Program-made: the position numbers and the translations under genes | Notes under the pieces: model-generated | What the model saw: only the letters and a program-made list of their open reading frames with translations | Told to the model about the DNA's origin: nothing | Database searches by the model: none | Shown: piece by piece, positions 49,587 through 64,000 of the stretch | How positions within the stretch are numbered: the stretch's first letter is position 1 | Layout: every line of letters starts with the position of its first letter | From: the human T2T-CHM13v2.0 reference genome, Homo sapiens | Direction: 5' to 3' (one strand) | Length of the DNA stretch: 64,000 nt | NCBI RefSeq assembly: GCF_009914755.1 | Contig: NC_060930.1

Positions 49587-51929
49587 CTGTAATAAACAAA
49601 GGAATAATTAGGATATTAAAGGTCAGAATAATATGTGACAATGCATCCTTAAATCACAGAACTAGTAGGTAAAAGTCATCTGAACTTCACAGATACACTC
49701 TAAGGGAGTTCAATTCAAATGCGTACTGTTTTAGTATTCATAACACTGTTTCTGATGCAAATTAAACTTTAATAGCTTAGCTAAGAACCTAGTCAATATA
49801 AAACTGAAAAAGGATCATCTGTTTTCTTTAGATCCTCTAAGAATTATTTCAGAATTTGCTAAATGATTTCAAAACTGAAAAAAAAAATCACTAATTATGC
49901 TATAATACCTTACCTTTGTTCTTTATGCATAACAAAAAAAAAGTATTAGTGGGTTCTAAGGCTAGGATCAATGCATAGCTCATTCAAAATCAGGACATAT
50001 TATATGTTTTATATGCTTTGCAACTGACGGTATCTATTCAAGGCAACCAATATCAAAAGAAGGCTTGACCTATCTGGCTTGGAAGTGATAAAATGGTTAT
50101 TTTCTAGGCTGGTTTGATAATGCCACTAGGCTTGCATCTAATACCCCTGAAATGGATATAAACAGGTACAATATAATTAATATGCAACCCAGAGTTTGTT
50201 GTGGTTTTGAGTTTTTTGTTGTTGTTGTTGACAATAAATAAATTTGTAGAGTCAATGTTATGCTTTAAATAACAAGTACACTTTACTCACTATGTAAAAT
50301 TGTCCCTTAATTATATCCAGGATATTAACTCTAACCTATATTAACTAAATGAACCCTATTCCACAAACAAGTACATTTTAAGAATATAATTCTTGGAGAA
50401 CAATTAGTGTTCAACAGGTGAAAAGTCCAAAATCAAAGAGGAATAACATATGCTTTTCAGCAATTGTAGCTGACAAGCTCTATCTCATAATATTTTAATG
50501 GCTTAGGACAAAAATGAAATGATTTTATTCATTGAACTCTATTCATATGATGATTTCAAAGTTGAATAAGTATTAAAAGTATAAGAATCCAATTGTCAAG
50601 GGTCAGAAAGGACATCAGTATTGTAAGCTATTTATGTTTATAGTTGCTTAGACTGGTTCTATCTTCATGTGTAGACACAAATTTTGCCATATTTATAAAA
50701 ATGTTTCAAGTCTCTCTTCTATGAATTAACAAATTAAATAGCCCTCAGGTGAGAGCATTTCAATTCTATGTGTACAAACTTCTTTCTTTATAAATCACTT
50801 AATACTGTCTCGAGATTATAAATTTTACAGAAAGAACAATGTCTTGATGAAGTTCAGATATAATCATTCTTAGTTTAATGATAATAATTTAAGATGCAAG
50901 ATATACATTAGTAACAAAGGTTATACAGAAAGACACTTTTATAACTCCAAACATAATGTAATTATTTTTACTTTGGCACAACCATGTTTGCTACACGCTA
51001 TGTATTTAAGTAAAGTGCTTGAGTTAATGGGAAAAGACAAAGCATATTGCTAAGCAATTCTTTGAATCCTGTGCCTGAGATTAGGTCAGAAATACAGAAA
51101 ATTCATTACATCTGTGAGGGAACTACACACAAAATAATCTGATACTTAAGAGTCACATGACCAACTTCATACGTAGCAAGCCACACTATTTTCTGGCAAG
51201 TACTGATATTCAAATATAATGTTATTGGATCAGTACATTAGAGGATTACGGAGGAACAAATTCTATATTGCATAGGTAAAAATGACATTACTAAAGTACT
51301 CCAAGAAGGTTCTAGATTTCTACTGATGCCTATTTATTCATTTTGCCCAGCAACCCTTATGAACAGCAACATATATTTTCAGGTATTTTGAGGGATAGGC
51401 TGTACTCATGTAACAATGCTAAAAATTGATCTATATGTGGTCATTGAACCTATGACTCTTATCTCAGTACATCTTTCTAACCAATTGTAAGTGTAGCTGA
51501 ACTACATAATTACTAGAGTGGCTACTTATCTCAGTATGACCAACAGCCTCACTGTCAACCCACTGAAAATTCCATTAACACAAGGAAATTAATTCATGTC
51601 ACAAAACAATCCTTAATTATAAAACAAATTAATTCTAGGATGTTACTGTCCAGAAAGTAAACTATAGAATATTGTTCCTCTAAAGTAAATTTTTACATTT
51701 TAAATGACAGATCTGGAATTTCTATAGAGGGTTTTAAATTATGGGCCTTCTCCCTTTAATCACATCTATTTCCTGGGGTAGGAATACGACATGAATAGTC
51801 TATAAAACCAAAATTTATAATATTTATATACTAAGAAGAACACGTGGGTTTTCTGCTGAGAAAAAACTAAGGCAGACTGTTCAAGGATACTTGGGTATTG
51901 ATTCTACTTTCTCCTTGGGCTTTGCCATC

Positions 51930-52301
51930 TGCTATGGTCTGAAGGTCGGTATCCCTGAAAATTTCTTACGTTAAAATCCAATACATATCCAAACAGATAG
52001 TACTCAGAAGTTTTGCCTTTGGGAAGTGAGCAAGTCATGAGGGCTCTGTCCTCATGAAAGGAATTAGTGCCCTTATAATAGAGGCTGAAGGGAGCTGTCC
52101 TTCCCTGTATTTCACCATGTGAGGATGTAGTAAGAAGGCACCATCTTTGAAGTAGAGAGCAATTCCTTACAAGACACTGAATCTGCTCTTGCCTTGATCT
52201 TGGTGTTCCCTGCCTCCAGAACTGTAAGAAATAATTTTCTAATGATTATAAATTACCCAACCTCAAGTATTTTGCTTTGGCAGCCTGAAGAAACTAAGAT
52301 A
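51930..52301 (+). mobile_element. MLT1A/MST-type MaLR solo LTR
   Basis: tgctatggtctgaa...ttagtgcccttata...ccagaactgtaagaaataa...aactaagata. 5-bp TSD-like flanks ccatc and tcatc. Confidence 0.85.
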
Positions 52302-52339
52302 TCATCATAACAATAACTGATTCCAAAACTAGGACAGCT

Positions 52340-52590
52340 CTATGCTTTGAGTACCCATACAACCATTCTGTTTTTCACTTTCAGTATAGTATTCAAGAAA
52401 TTACACTTTATTATAAGATAGTTTTGTGTTAGATTTTGCCCAGCCATAGGATAACTTAAGTATTCTGAGCACATTTAAGCTAGGCTAGGTTAAGCTATGA
52501 TATTCAGTAGGTTAGGTATGTTAAACGCATTTTCAACTTATGATGCATTTATTAGGATGTAGCTTCATTGTAAGTTGAAAAGCATCTGTA
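52340..52590. mobile_element. Tigger4/MER46-type DNA transposon fragment
   Basis: gtacccatacaaccattctgtttttcactttcagt...ggctaggttaagctatgat...taagttgaaaagcatctgTA. Confidence 0.8.
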
Positions 52591-53324
52591 TAATATTGTA
52601 CTGAGTGAAATGTCCAATAAAATAGTATAGTTTATATTGACTGATTTTGATTAAAAATAAAAAGTGATAATATATGAAGGATGAAATTACAGGCAAATTT
52701 TAGCTCTTTATTTTGCTTATTTATAATTTCTGATTTTCCTAAAATAAACATGTTAGATAATTGTCCAGTTGCTAAATGATGAATACTTAAAGTAGTGGCA
52801 GAAGATATGAATGAGAAAGAACAAATTAGAGACAGACTTAGGAATAGCATCTGTAAGACTTGATGACTAAGAGGACAGGTATCATTCAGGGGATAAAAGG
52901 AAGAAGTCAAGGAAAATTAAGTTTCTCCTTTCAATGATTGAGTAGATACTATTGGTAATAATCAGAAAAGAGAAAGCAACAGGAAGAACATACTTCATTT
53001 TATACTCTCGATGGTATCTCACACAGGAAAAACCTAAAAATTGGGAGCACTAAAATTTAAACAAAGGGGACAACAGGATTAAATTACAAGAGCAAAATAA
53101 AAAGAAACTTAAATATAACCAAAGGTAAATTAGAAATCACAAAAACATATCCCTTTTTTAAAAAGAAGACTCTTATATAAGAAGACTTTTTATAATTATG
53201 AGTAATTATGTGGAATCACCTAATGCTCATTGCTAGAGACGAGATTTTGCCCCAACACTATAGCCCATAAAAAGGAACCAAAAACTTTTAGACTCTATTT
53301 TTAAGAGTATCAAAGTAATGAATA

Positions 53325-53616
53325 GGCAGGGCGCGGTGGCTCATGCCTGTAATCTCAGCATTTTGGGAGGCTGAGGCGGGTGGATCACCTGAGATCAGGA
53401 GTTTGAGACCAGTCTGGTCAACATGGTGAAACCCCGTCTCTACTAAAAATACAAAAATTAACTAGGTGTCGTGACATGCGCCTGTAATCCCAGCTACTCA
53501 GGAGGCTGAAGCAGGAGAATCGCCTGAACCCAGGAGGCGGAGGTTGTAGTGAGCCAAGATCGCACCATGGCACTCCAGCCTGGACGACAGAGCAAGACTC
53601 TGTCTCAAAAACTAAA
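53325..53616 (+). mobile_element. Alu (S-type) with 14-bp TSD
   Basis: TSD caaagtaat(g/a)aata at 53311-53324 and 53617-53630. Confidence 0.97.
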
Positions 53617-54751
53617 CAAAGTAATAAATAACTGAGGTCCAGAATTGTGGAAAGTGCCCTAAGATACCCAGATTCCAAAGAGAACACAGTTTTAATGGTA
53701 ATGTTCTACATGTTTGTCCTGTTTCAGAGGAATGAGTAAGAGTTAAACAGCTGATACTTCTCTTTTGTCTTACTATCCCTGTTAGAGATAAACTCAGAAC
53801 GACATACGAATTTAGTTCCTGTATTTAAACTGAACATCATTCCAGTCTGCTGCTTTCTTAATTTGTTGTGCAAATTAAGAGTTTATATTAAACTGTGCAG
53901 CCCACCATTTATATTAAATATTCTCTATTATTCAATCAATGGTAAATATATACTTAGAATAGATATTTTATAAATATCTGGGGGGATAAAACATAGTTTA
54001 ACTGCTCACTTTATACTCAAACTTTGGAGAACAACATTTGATTTCTTAGCCATAAATATATAACATTATTCTCTGGAAATATTTCTCCAAGAACTAACAA
54101 TATAAAAACTTTTCTATGAAAACTATAAAGCATTGCTGATAAAGTACACAATACCTTTTAAATTACGGTTTTCAGGAAATCTAGCTTATATTGACATTAG
54201 AACTTTTTTCTAAGCACTTCTTTTTACATTATTCAAAATAAATATGTTAATTTAAAAAATGATGATTTCAGAAAACAAATGCGCAAGTAGATAACTGAAT
54301 ACAAATAAACTTGTTTGCTAATTTAGAAAACATAGCTGTTCCCTTAAAACAAAATTTCCTTAGGAGTCACTAAATTTACTTCCATGAATATAAAAGTGAT
54401 TCAGAATAACAATGTTGATTAAAAAATCAATAAAATTTCTAAAAAATATAACAATATGTCATATTCAGGTAAAAACTGAATATGAAAAAAAAAACCAAGC
54501 AAATTGCTACCTAGTCTAGTTTTGCTCACCAAGACTGTTTAGACAGTTCCAAAAAGAAAAAAACAATGCTTAGTAGTGTCTCATATTTTAATTTGTGTTC
54601 TCTCAGGATCCCAATTTTCTCAGAAATCAGCAAACTTCTGGATTTAGCATTATGTTTTCTACATATGCCAATACTAATCTTTAAGAACCACAGATTCTAT
54701 TAATATAATTTTCATACATAAGAAAACCCACAATGGAAACAATGTACTTAC

Positions 54752-54877
54752 CCTCTCCACTGATTATATCAGGTTTGGCTTTCATCATTTTGCAAAATTG
54801 TCTTTGGCAGTTTTCTATCCATTCAGTTTGTTTATCAGATATTTTGAGGCATAATAAAAGCTTGTCAAGATCATTGT
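54752..54877 (-). CDS. TBC1D32: TBC1D32 coding exon (8th from last), 126 nt, phase 1-1
   Basis: Minus strand ctgattAG|ACAATG...GGAGAGG|GTaagt. Translates (x)[41 protein letters not shown](A) and joins in frame to the next exon. Confidence 0.92.
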
Positions 54878-55348
54878 CTAATCAGAAAGATAACATACTA
54901 TTATAATAAGACATGCTAGATATACTGAAAAATTATTAATGTTAACTATGTAAACAGTTGAAAATTCCATATGGAATACATATGGCTTTCAAAGGAAAAC
55001 AGATATTCTTCTGTAATTACATCTTATACCATCAATTGTTTGTTACATGTATTAAAAGTTGACAACAATGAATTACTGAATTATTAAAAGCTCATAAAAT
55101 GGATTGTGATTTGTAACCATAATTCTTGAATAGTCTTTTTCTTATATGAATATGGCTCATTACTGAGTATCTGTTTTAATAGACAGCGTGAACCTTAAAA
55201 TTTCACTATGTGGACTGACAGGAACACTACACTCATTCCTCATGTACTTTCAGATACAATTTTTTATTCACTTCTTTAAAAAGCAAAAAGAAAGCATAAG
55301 TGTAAAAAATCTTTAGTCAATCATTTATTCATCTTGGAAAAAATATGC

Positions 55349-55801
55349 TGCTGAAGGGGTTAAAACATGCTATTCTGGCATATTGATTATTTAAATTAAA
55401 GACACTGAAAAACAGCAAGTGCAAGATCACGTTGAGCTTCGTGTTGTTTCTCTATAAAGAAAATGAAATTCTCATGTGAAAGACACTCTCTATACTAGAA
55501 GAAAAGACAACATATTTACCTTCAAGGATGAGAAGTTGAGACCAGAGAATACTTTGCAAACCTTATTAAAATGACTTATCTTTTAAGCCTCCCACATAAT
55601 TTAGTCACATTTTCACAGTTTATTATTCTTTGTTCAACTCAGTATATAGGTAACTGCTTCTTTGAGTCTTCATTTCCCTATGAGAACTCTCATGCCATGT
55701 AAAACTTGTATTATGCTTTTCTCCTGTTAATCTGTTATTTCAGTTTAATTCTCAGATTCTGCTGGGACCCAAAGAGGATGGAGGTAGAGATTTTCTGCAC
55801 A
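55349..55801 (+). mobile_element. ERV1-class solo LTR (MER34/MER39-like group)
   Basis: TG...CA bounded. ggcatattgattattt near the 5' end, tatgcttttctcctgttaatctg near the 3' end. Confidence 0.6.
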
Positions 55802-58469
55802 TAAACTGAAGATAATGAATAGAGCTAAAGAAAGTATTTATGGCTAAAATGTAACTTTTCTTCTAAGTGAACTCATTAATACATAGCAGATTCCATTTAA
55901 TTACATAGCTTTAAAGGTACTTATACCCATGAGATTTTATTTTTAAAAAATCAACGAATAATATAGTAAATGAATAGTTAAGTGTTGTTAAAAAAGATAT
56001 ATGCATATGTATTCATATACACATATACATATGTAAAAATTCAAAGGTGACGAAAGAGGCAAAGATGTTCTCTTATTTTCTAGAATAAAATGGGAGAACC
56101 AGTAGCCAGATTAATTCATACCTTTTTCTTTACCACTTCTCTTGAAAGAGATTTTGATAAAAAGAGAACAAGAACCTTTTGAAATTATAGGGTTAAAGGC
56201 TTAATTGTTTCTGCTCTAAATTATGGTATGGGAAGATTAACACTACAAAATCATCTACCTAAGCTCTATTTTAGGTTAATTAACCCCACCAGCAAGATAC
56301 TAGTGGTAAACGTGATACTTGAGAGGGTTTCAGCTAACAATGTCTTACTTTTTTCTTAAAGAAAATTATAATGATGAAAACAAGTCTTTATTGTTCCAGG
56401 TTTTAAAAATCAAAGAAGCTTTCCAGCATAATACAACTATTTAAATTTAACTTTTCAGCCCAATTTTTATAAAATTCCATTTACTATATACAGAAGTCCT
56501 CCTGTGTGGATATAATAATCAAGACAATATCACTGCCCTCATGAAATGCACATGTCATATAAAGCATATGCATGTATATGTGTGTATATACATGTAAACA
56601 AACAGAAAATAATACTGTAATCAAGGTATGTCATTCCTGTGATGTAAAATTTCAGTGTTATTTAGCCCTAAGAAAACTGCTACGTATTGCTGCATGATCC
56701 TCATGATTATCATATATAAAATCAGATTTATGTAAGTATTTCCCTATTTGACATTTACGTCAGAAAAACCCTTTTTATACCAAAGCTACATACATACTCT
56801 CTCATACAAACACATGAATACACAGATACATACACCAAACACATGTGGACTCACATAAATACACACATAAAGCAAAAAGCTCTTTTGTTGAAAGCATATG
56901 TAATTCTGCTATTCAGTACTAATCTATTTTATTTGAATACCAAGACTACAATGATACGTTTCACAAATAGCCTCTGTCAGAAGCAATAACTAGAGAAAAA
57001 TTATCAAGCATTAAATCAAAAGAGAAAATGATTCTTTTTAATAAAAACACTTAAAACTATAAACTCATAAAATTTCAACACAGCTAATAATTTTACTGAA
57101 AATTATGTTATTGCTAACAAAAAAGTTTTAATGTTAAATGTATCTTGACAAGAATTAGGTAAAGACTTAATTCGACATTATTGAAATTGAATTTTTATTG
57201 TTTTCATTTAAAATATCCACATTACATATTGCCAAGAATAAAATATCTACAGTCTAATAAGAAACACTAGTGACACATGATTGCAAAGATAATGCAGTTT
57301 TTTCATCTTTGTTTCCTCCTGTTTTCTTCTTCTACTCATGTGTAACTCCATCTTTTACCTCCTTCAAACAAAGGATGTTACTACCTCCTTCAGAGGACAT
57401 CCATATAGCCCTTTCATAGGCTATCTGTTATTTATAAATCTGTTTTCTTTTTACTCCTCCCTCCTCTTGCTCTCCATTCTCTCTCCTTTCACACTTGCTA
57501 TTCTGTTTTGCTTTCTCATCATCTCATTCTAAGGAAAAGAACACAAGGCACTATAATTGTAAACAGCACCGAGGCAGCAGATGTGGTATGCGCCTGAATC
57601 TACCAGTTGGTAGACAGCCTGAAGGACCCAGTTTAGATAGCTGGAAATTGGATTTGAGGCAATAAAGAAATGCTGAGCTGAAAACAGGCTGACTAAAAGA
57701 CTATTAGAGAGACAGCTTTGTACCCTGCATTATACTTCTGGCTACTCTTCCCCCAGCCACCATTGAGAGTATATGCTTTACAATTTGCATTACTCAAAGT
57801 TAAAAATATGAAATGATGTGATATGATATTAACTGAAAAACATGTATATCTGTGATATTACTGAGTTTGAGGGGAACAATAAATAATTCATTTATCTTCT
57901 CCAAATTTGGGACCAACTGAGAAGCCAATAGGTATAGATAAACAGAGTTCAAAGTTATCAGTGTTAGTATATAAACAGCTAAATTAAGCATCATTGCTTG
58001 CATCTACTGCCACATGGCCTTCTAGATGTCTTCCCTGAACTGAATACCATAAATCTATTCAGCCATAGGCAGACAGAGACAAAGGCCCCCCTGACTGTTC
58101 TTGCTAGAAAAAGTGCAAAAATAATCTAAAGACTGGCTAAATTAAAAGTGCAGCCTACAAGTAGGCTAGCCCATGACCTTCTATTCCTTCTTCCAGATTC
58201 ACTTATCAGCCATTCCTCTTAACTTATGCAGAATGAGTAAGGAAGTCCAGGGAGAGGCCAGTGGTATTACTCCAGCAAAGGCCCTTTGATATGGAGACAT
58301 GAGGTAAGGGAAAATGAAAGCTCCTCCATAATAGATATTTTATATGACAATTCTAAATTAGTGACTGTGAGTGTAATATGAAAAATACATAGAATTCCAT
58401 ATTTCCCAAAATTTATATATGGAACATTTCTATATTTATAATCAGGAAAAAAAGAATATTAAAAAAAGT

Positions 58470-59900
58470 TTTCCTTCTGGCCACGATGGAGGAACTAGGA
58501 ATAGACTTGCCTTCTGCTGTAAATAACCAGACTGGATAAAATATATCAAATAACTGTTTTCAGACATTAGCCAATGGGCAGTGCAGGACTGTAATGTCTG
58601 AGAAAAGGGAAACCAATGAGGTGAGCTTTATGGTTGTCCACTTTCTTCCTGGAGGTTTTGCTGAATTAAGGAGACAGGTGTCAGATTTCAAAGAGATTAA
58701 AGAGGCTAAAATTTGTGGATTAGAATACTGGAGAGAAAGAGCTCTAGCAAACTGGCTAACTATTTGTCAAGTTGGCTGCTGATTAATCAGCTGTGGAAAC
58801 TAAGGGTGAAATTTCACAAGGCTGAGAAAGCAACAGCTGGGGGTTATAAACTGAATAATTCCCAGAGCACACCTAGAGTTACAAGATGTCCAAGTTCCAA
58901 ACAGAATGGAGAGTACTAGTTAACTACCTGGGTTTTCCACAGAGGTCCCAGAAAGGTCACACCTTGGTAACAGGTAAAATTAGTCTTAAAGTAAGGCAAT
59001 TATACATCCACCCTAACAAAAAAATGGAAGCCCTGACAGTCAAGCTGATCCACAAGCAACTTAGATGCCCACCAAAAAAATGTCCACCACTCCTTAAGGA
59101 AAGGCAACAAAATTTAGCACTCAATGTAAAGCTAATAATGTCTAATGCCCCCCAAAACTCCCCTAACATGAATAAAAAGAAAGAATGTGACTCATAACTT
59201 GCAGATACATCAATTAACAGATTAATAGACACAGATTCACAAAAGATTGAAATTATCAAGGACATAAGAGCAATTATTTTTAGGGATTTAAAGAAAACAC
59301 AAACCAAAAGTAGATGTTTAAACAAACTGTGGTTTTTCAATACTGCCATCTCAGTAAAAAGAGACAAGTGAATGGGACATGTAACAACCTGGGTCAATCT
59401 CAAAAACATGATGCTAAGAGAAAGGAAACAGGTACAAAGAATGTATCCTATGTAATTCTATTTGTATGAAATGCTGGAACAGGAAAAACTAATCTTATAG
59501 CAGTGGTTCTCAAGTGGACATGGTTTTGCTCCCCAGGGAACATTTGGCAGTGTCTATAGACATTTCTGATTGTCACAACTGAGAAGAGAGAGGGAGAGTT
59601 TTATTGGCATCAAGTGGATTGGAGCCAGGGAGGCTGCTAAAAATCCCACAATGCACAGGAAAATCCCCCCCTGGCAAAGAAAAGCAAATTACCCAAAATA
59701 TTAATAGTGCTAAGACTGAGAAGCCCTGACTTATAGTAACGAAAAAAATTAATGGTAGTATGCAAGTGGGTGGAGAGAAGCTGACTGCAAAAGACAAAGG
59801 GAATTAATGTGAGATCATGAGAAAATGTTCTATATTTGATTATGGTGGTGGCGATCTGTGTATGAATATTTCTAAAAATTCAAACTCCTTTCTTAAAACA
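58470..59900 (+). mobile_element. Old L1MC/ME-type fragments (5' region joined to 3' region), interrupted by MER20
   Basis: cttctggccacgatgg...aactgttttcagacatt 5'-like start; tcaatctcaaaaacatgatgctaagagaaagg and gaaaatgttctatatttgattatggtggtgg 3' motifs. Confidence 0.6.
59501..59728 (+). mobile_element. MER20 hAT MITE with 8-bp TSD
   Basis: TIRs cagtggttctca and tgagaagccctg. TSD (t/a)cttatag at 59493-59500 and 59729-59736. Confidence 0.92.
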
Positions 59901-61913
59901 GATGTATTCTGTTGTATATAGAAATTTTATTATATACACATGTGTATGTAAACAAGTATGTGTATGTAAACAAGTATGTGTATAATTGAAGGTTACTTAA
60001 GTGATTGAAATTAAGCATACTAGTACGTTACTAAAATATGAGCAGTTATAGTTCATAATTAGTTATAAAGTCTATATCAGAACTCACTAAGATTTAATTA
60101 AAAGTATATGCATGTGTAAAATGATTCACTTACAAGAACTCTAATGACTATATTATGGTAAAGTGTTTTAAAGTATACATTTTTAAAATCCTCATTAATA
60201 TGTCCTGATAAGAGGTTCTGACTGCTTTCTGAATGAAATACAGGCTCCTGTAATGAAATGAACATTCACTTCTTAAGACTAAATAAGAAAGTAATTTATA
60301 TTTTCTAGGTGATTAAATATAATAATCCCTTTTAAACTCACAATGCTTTATTTTTATAGCAACCATGTCTACATTCCTCTAAAAGTGCAGTATTATTTCT
60401 AGAGACAGAATATAATAAATGATGTCTCAGTATATCCATTCTATATCCAGTTATGATGAAGTCACCATGGAAAACTACCAGTTTGTTTTCCCAAGAAAGG
60501 TTTGATTTATCTAATGAGTAAGGTAGAGAAAGAAATAGTCTTCTTCTCTATATTCTTTAAGACCACTATGATTTATAGACAACTATGAAAAATTGGAAGA
60601 AGGTAAAAAAAAAAAAAAACAACTACTTTATTCTCTGTCCTTACCACCACTGAGGAAAAGGAAAACAAAAAAGAACACATCAAGTTTCATGTTTAAAAAA
60701 TCGATTGATAGTTGAAAATATTTCAAAAACTCTAAAATTCTTTGTTATGGTAAGCATTATAATCTTTTTATATTTGGGGATATTATATAATTATTTTCTC
60801 AGGTCATACAGGAAAAAAGAGTATATTAAAAATGTAAGATTATTATAGATGATGTAGAAAGAGAGACTATACAGAAAGAACTTCTGTATAGTTCTTTCAT
60901 TTCAAGGGGAGGGAGACAGTAATGTCGACATAAATATAAAGGAAAACATGCAATCTACACAGAAAAAGTTTAATAATTACTTTCTAGGATGTCAGTCAGT
61001 AATTTTGAGTGCCCATTTTTGAAATAACAACTGACATTTCTAAAGGGAGAAAAAGTAAAATAAAGACTTTATAAACTAGCAAGAGATTCCTAGGCTTAAT
61101 TTAGATAGCCAACATTGTATTATCCTGAAGTTTATTTTTGTGTTTCTACTTACTTTCTCTTCCTCCATTTAGATTAATGCAGTCAGCATTTCACTTTACT
61201 CTTACCATAATAAGCAAGGAAAAACATTGGAGTGGTCCCTGAGAAGCAATTCTACAGAAAACTAATACAAAGAATTTATACATCATTCCATCTATAAATT
61301 TGGGAGTATCCAAATTCTGACAAGTCTCTATTTTGTGTGAACAACTGTGGATTAAGGTATGTCATCCATATCTTACATAGATTATTCCTTATTTTGGATT
61401 TATCATCCCACGTTTGCTTTTCATTAATATTTGATAACTAAGCACTTACTATGGGAGAAATCGGTGGAAATAAACAAATGAAGAATTAGTCTTCCCTTGT
61501 CATCTTACTGCACCTGCACTAGTAGAAGATCTATTTTCTCTGCTATAGATAGATATGACAGTAAAAATACATGAAAACTAAGTTTTACTTATCAAAAGAA
61601 AATACTTATTCTGATTTTCTAGTCATCTCAATAGCTGCAGCTCAAGATTTACTACAGAGGGGAAAAACCATAATCTCAGTCATACTACCACTTCCCTCAG
61701 TTCATAGGTTGATGTCAAATAAAAGTCAATTACCTTTATCTGCAGAAAATAAATCTTAATTCCAAGGTTAGAAACAATAAGAAAAGAAAAAAGCATGAGA
61801 AAATGCCTGACTTGACATAAAGGCCTAGATAAATATTTGATAAAAGACTATATCAACAAAAAGTATTTATAGACTATATGTGTAAGACAGAATACAAAAG
61901 GCTTTTAAAATAA

Positions 61914-62327
<414 letters not shown>

Positions 62328-64000
62328 TGATTGGGGGGAATTAGTAATCCTAAATTTTAGATAATTCATCACACTTGCAAAGGCAATCCAGTCCAGTCAT
62401 TCGTTAAATAGGCAATTTTCATTATTTTATCAAAATGCAATTGCAATTACAGTCCATCTCATTCTCCCCTTTTCTCTCTTAAAAAGTTTATTTCCACATA
62501 CTATGCAGGTAATATTCCAATTTTAAATCTTTACTATTAGAATTGGAGAATGGATTGTCATCAATTTGTAAATGAAATGGCAATAATTCATCAGAGACAT
62601 GAACGGAGACTTAATTTCTGAAAAGGCAGAAAGTATCAGCAAGAATCAACACCAGTGAATAAGGATATATATCCAATAAGAACAAGAAAAATTGTTAAAC
62701 AAAATCAGTATAGATTAATGAAAACTATCTTGCTAAATTAAGGATATTGTTCTAGTGAAAAAAATAGACATTTGTAGTTAAGAAGGCTAAATTTCAACAT
62801 CTTTTAATGCAAAAAAAACCTTAATATCAGCATAAGGTGATAAAATATGTAGGCATCCTAAGATTATAATTATAAAACCCAAGAACTTTTTTACTCACTC
62901 ACTGAACGCTGCATAGCTCCAGAGACACAGAATATGGTATTCTTGTTCTTTGGCCCCATCTCTGATTTAGAAATGTTATCTATCATTAGTTTTGTTATTA
63001 ACCAAAATGCATTGCAACAATTTTCTAACTGTTCTATAAACAGTACTTTGCAGCTATAAAATATTCAAAATAAACTTTATATATAGTAATACCTACAAAA
63101 GGAATACCTTTTCCATTCCCCAAAATATTAATGCATTAACATTGCCAGGGGTTTGTATTTTCACTTGTCTACTTTTATAAAATGCCAAAACTATGCAAAT
63201 AATACAGATGCAATATAGTGGCTTAGCATCATGGTCTTTACCTAAGAGCATAATATGGTTTTCAAGGACATTTGACTCATACATAGAACCCAATGATTCA
63301 AGACATATTTTATACTGAATTCATTCAGAGCTGAAAATTTACAAATGATGAAAAACAAGTTCTAACTAGAATTCGCTTCTGTTTTATATAATATATACCT
63401 CCCCCCACCCTGATCTCATTTAATTTGTAGTAAAAAAAATTACATCAGGTTGGGGCAAAAAAAAAAAAAGATACTATAGAGGGATATTTATATTTTACAT
63501 ATTATTAACTTTAAAATGATCTGTTTTCTCATAGAGGAATAATATCATCTGAAACTATCTGGCTAAAAGTATTGGAATGATCTGACTGTAAAGATTTTAA
63601 TATTATTTGGTATATTACATTAAAAGGAATGATTATAACCATATAACTTACTCTTTTATATAGTATTTGAAAAAGAATATTTTACCAGGCAGAAAATCAA
63701 TTTCCTATCAGATAAGCAGAAATGTGATGGAGAAGGTAGTCAAGTAAGATACTGAAGCTATAAAAGACTAAATTTGAAGTAATCGCAGACTAAAAGGCTG
63801 TACATTTTTTAGTTATTTTTTTCAATTGTGAAAAAATAGGATGTAATGCTAACAATGCACACCTTTTATGTGCCATAAAAATGTAAAGTACCACTTGCTA
63901 AATGATGAAATAACTATAATAAAGGTGTCTACTTCATGAATAATATATATGGAAGTCTAACTCAAGAAGCTTTCTAACTGCAAACTTTTGCATACTCTAG

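Noticed and set aside
58594-59409. Cluster of 60-150 aa ORFs on both strands
   Set aside because: Within decayed L1M sequence, with no recognisable domain or convincing splice structure.

Overview
AT-rich primate (most likely human) genomic DNA, not microbial. The window holds the 3' part of one minus-strand protein-coding gene that I recognise as TBC1D32 (BROMI/C6orf170). Eight coding exons between 54877 and 3896 splice in frame to about 332 C-terminal residues ending ...[13 protein letters not shown], followed by a 3' UTR of roughly 1.3 kb. Upstream exons lie beyond the right edge. The rest is intron or flank filled with Alu, L1, L2, MIR, LTR and DNA-transposon relics. The most notable observations are: (1) a 402-nt minor-spliceosome (U12-type) intron with rare AT-AG termini (35786-36187), required to keep the reading frame; (2) two neighbouring 5'-inverted (twin-primed) L1PA insertions with different 3' ends that share private substitutions, including the same nonsense codon, which suggests patchy gene conversion between them; (3) an ~0.9 kb inverted repeat formed by those L1s within one intron; (4) several small hairpin, template-switch and duplication scars. 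I see no evidence for a wholly new gene system. Repeat family names and consensus comparisons are from memory, and boundaries of old repeats are approximate.
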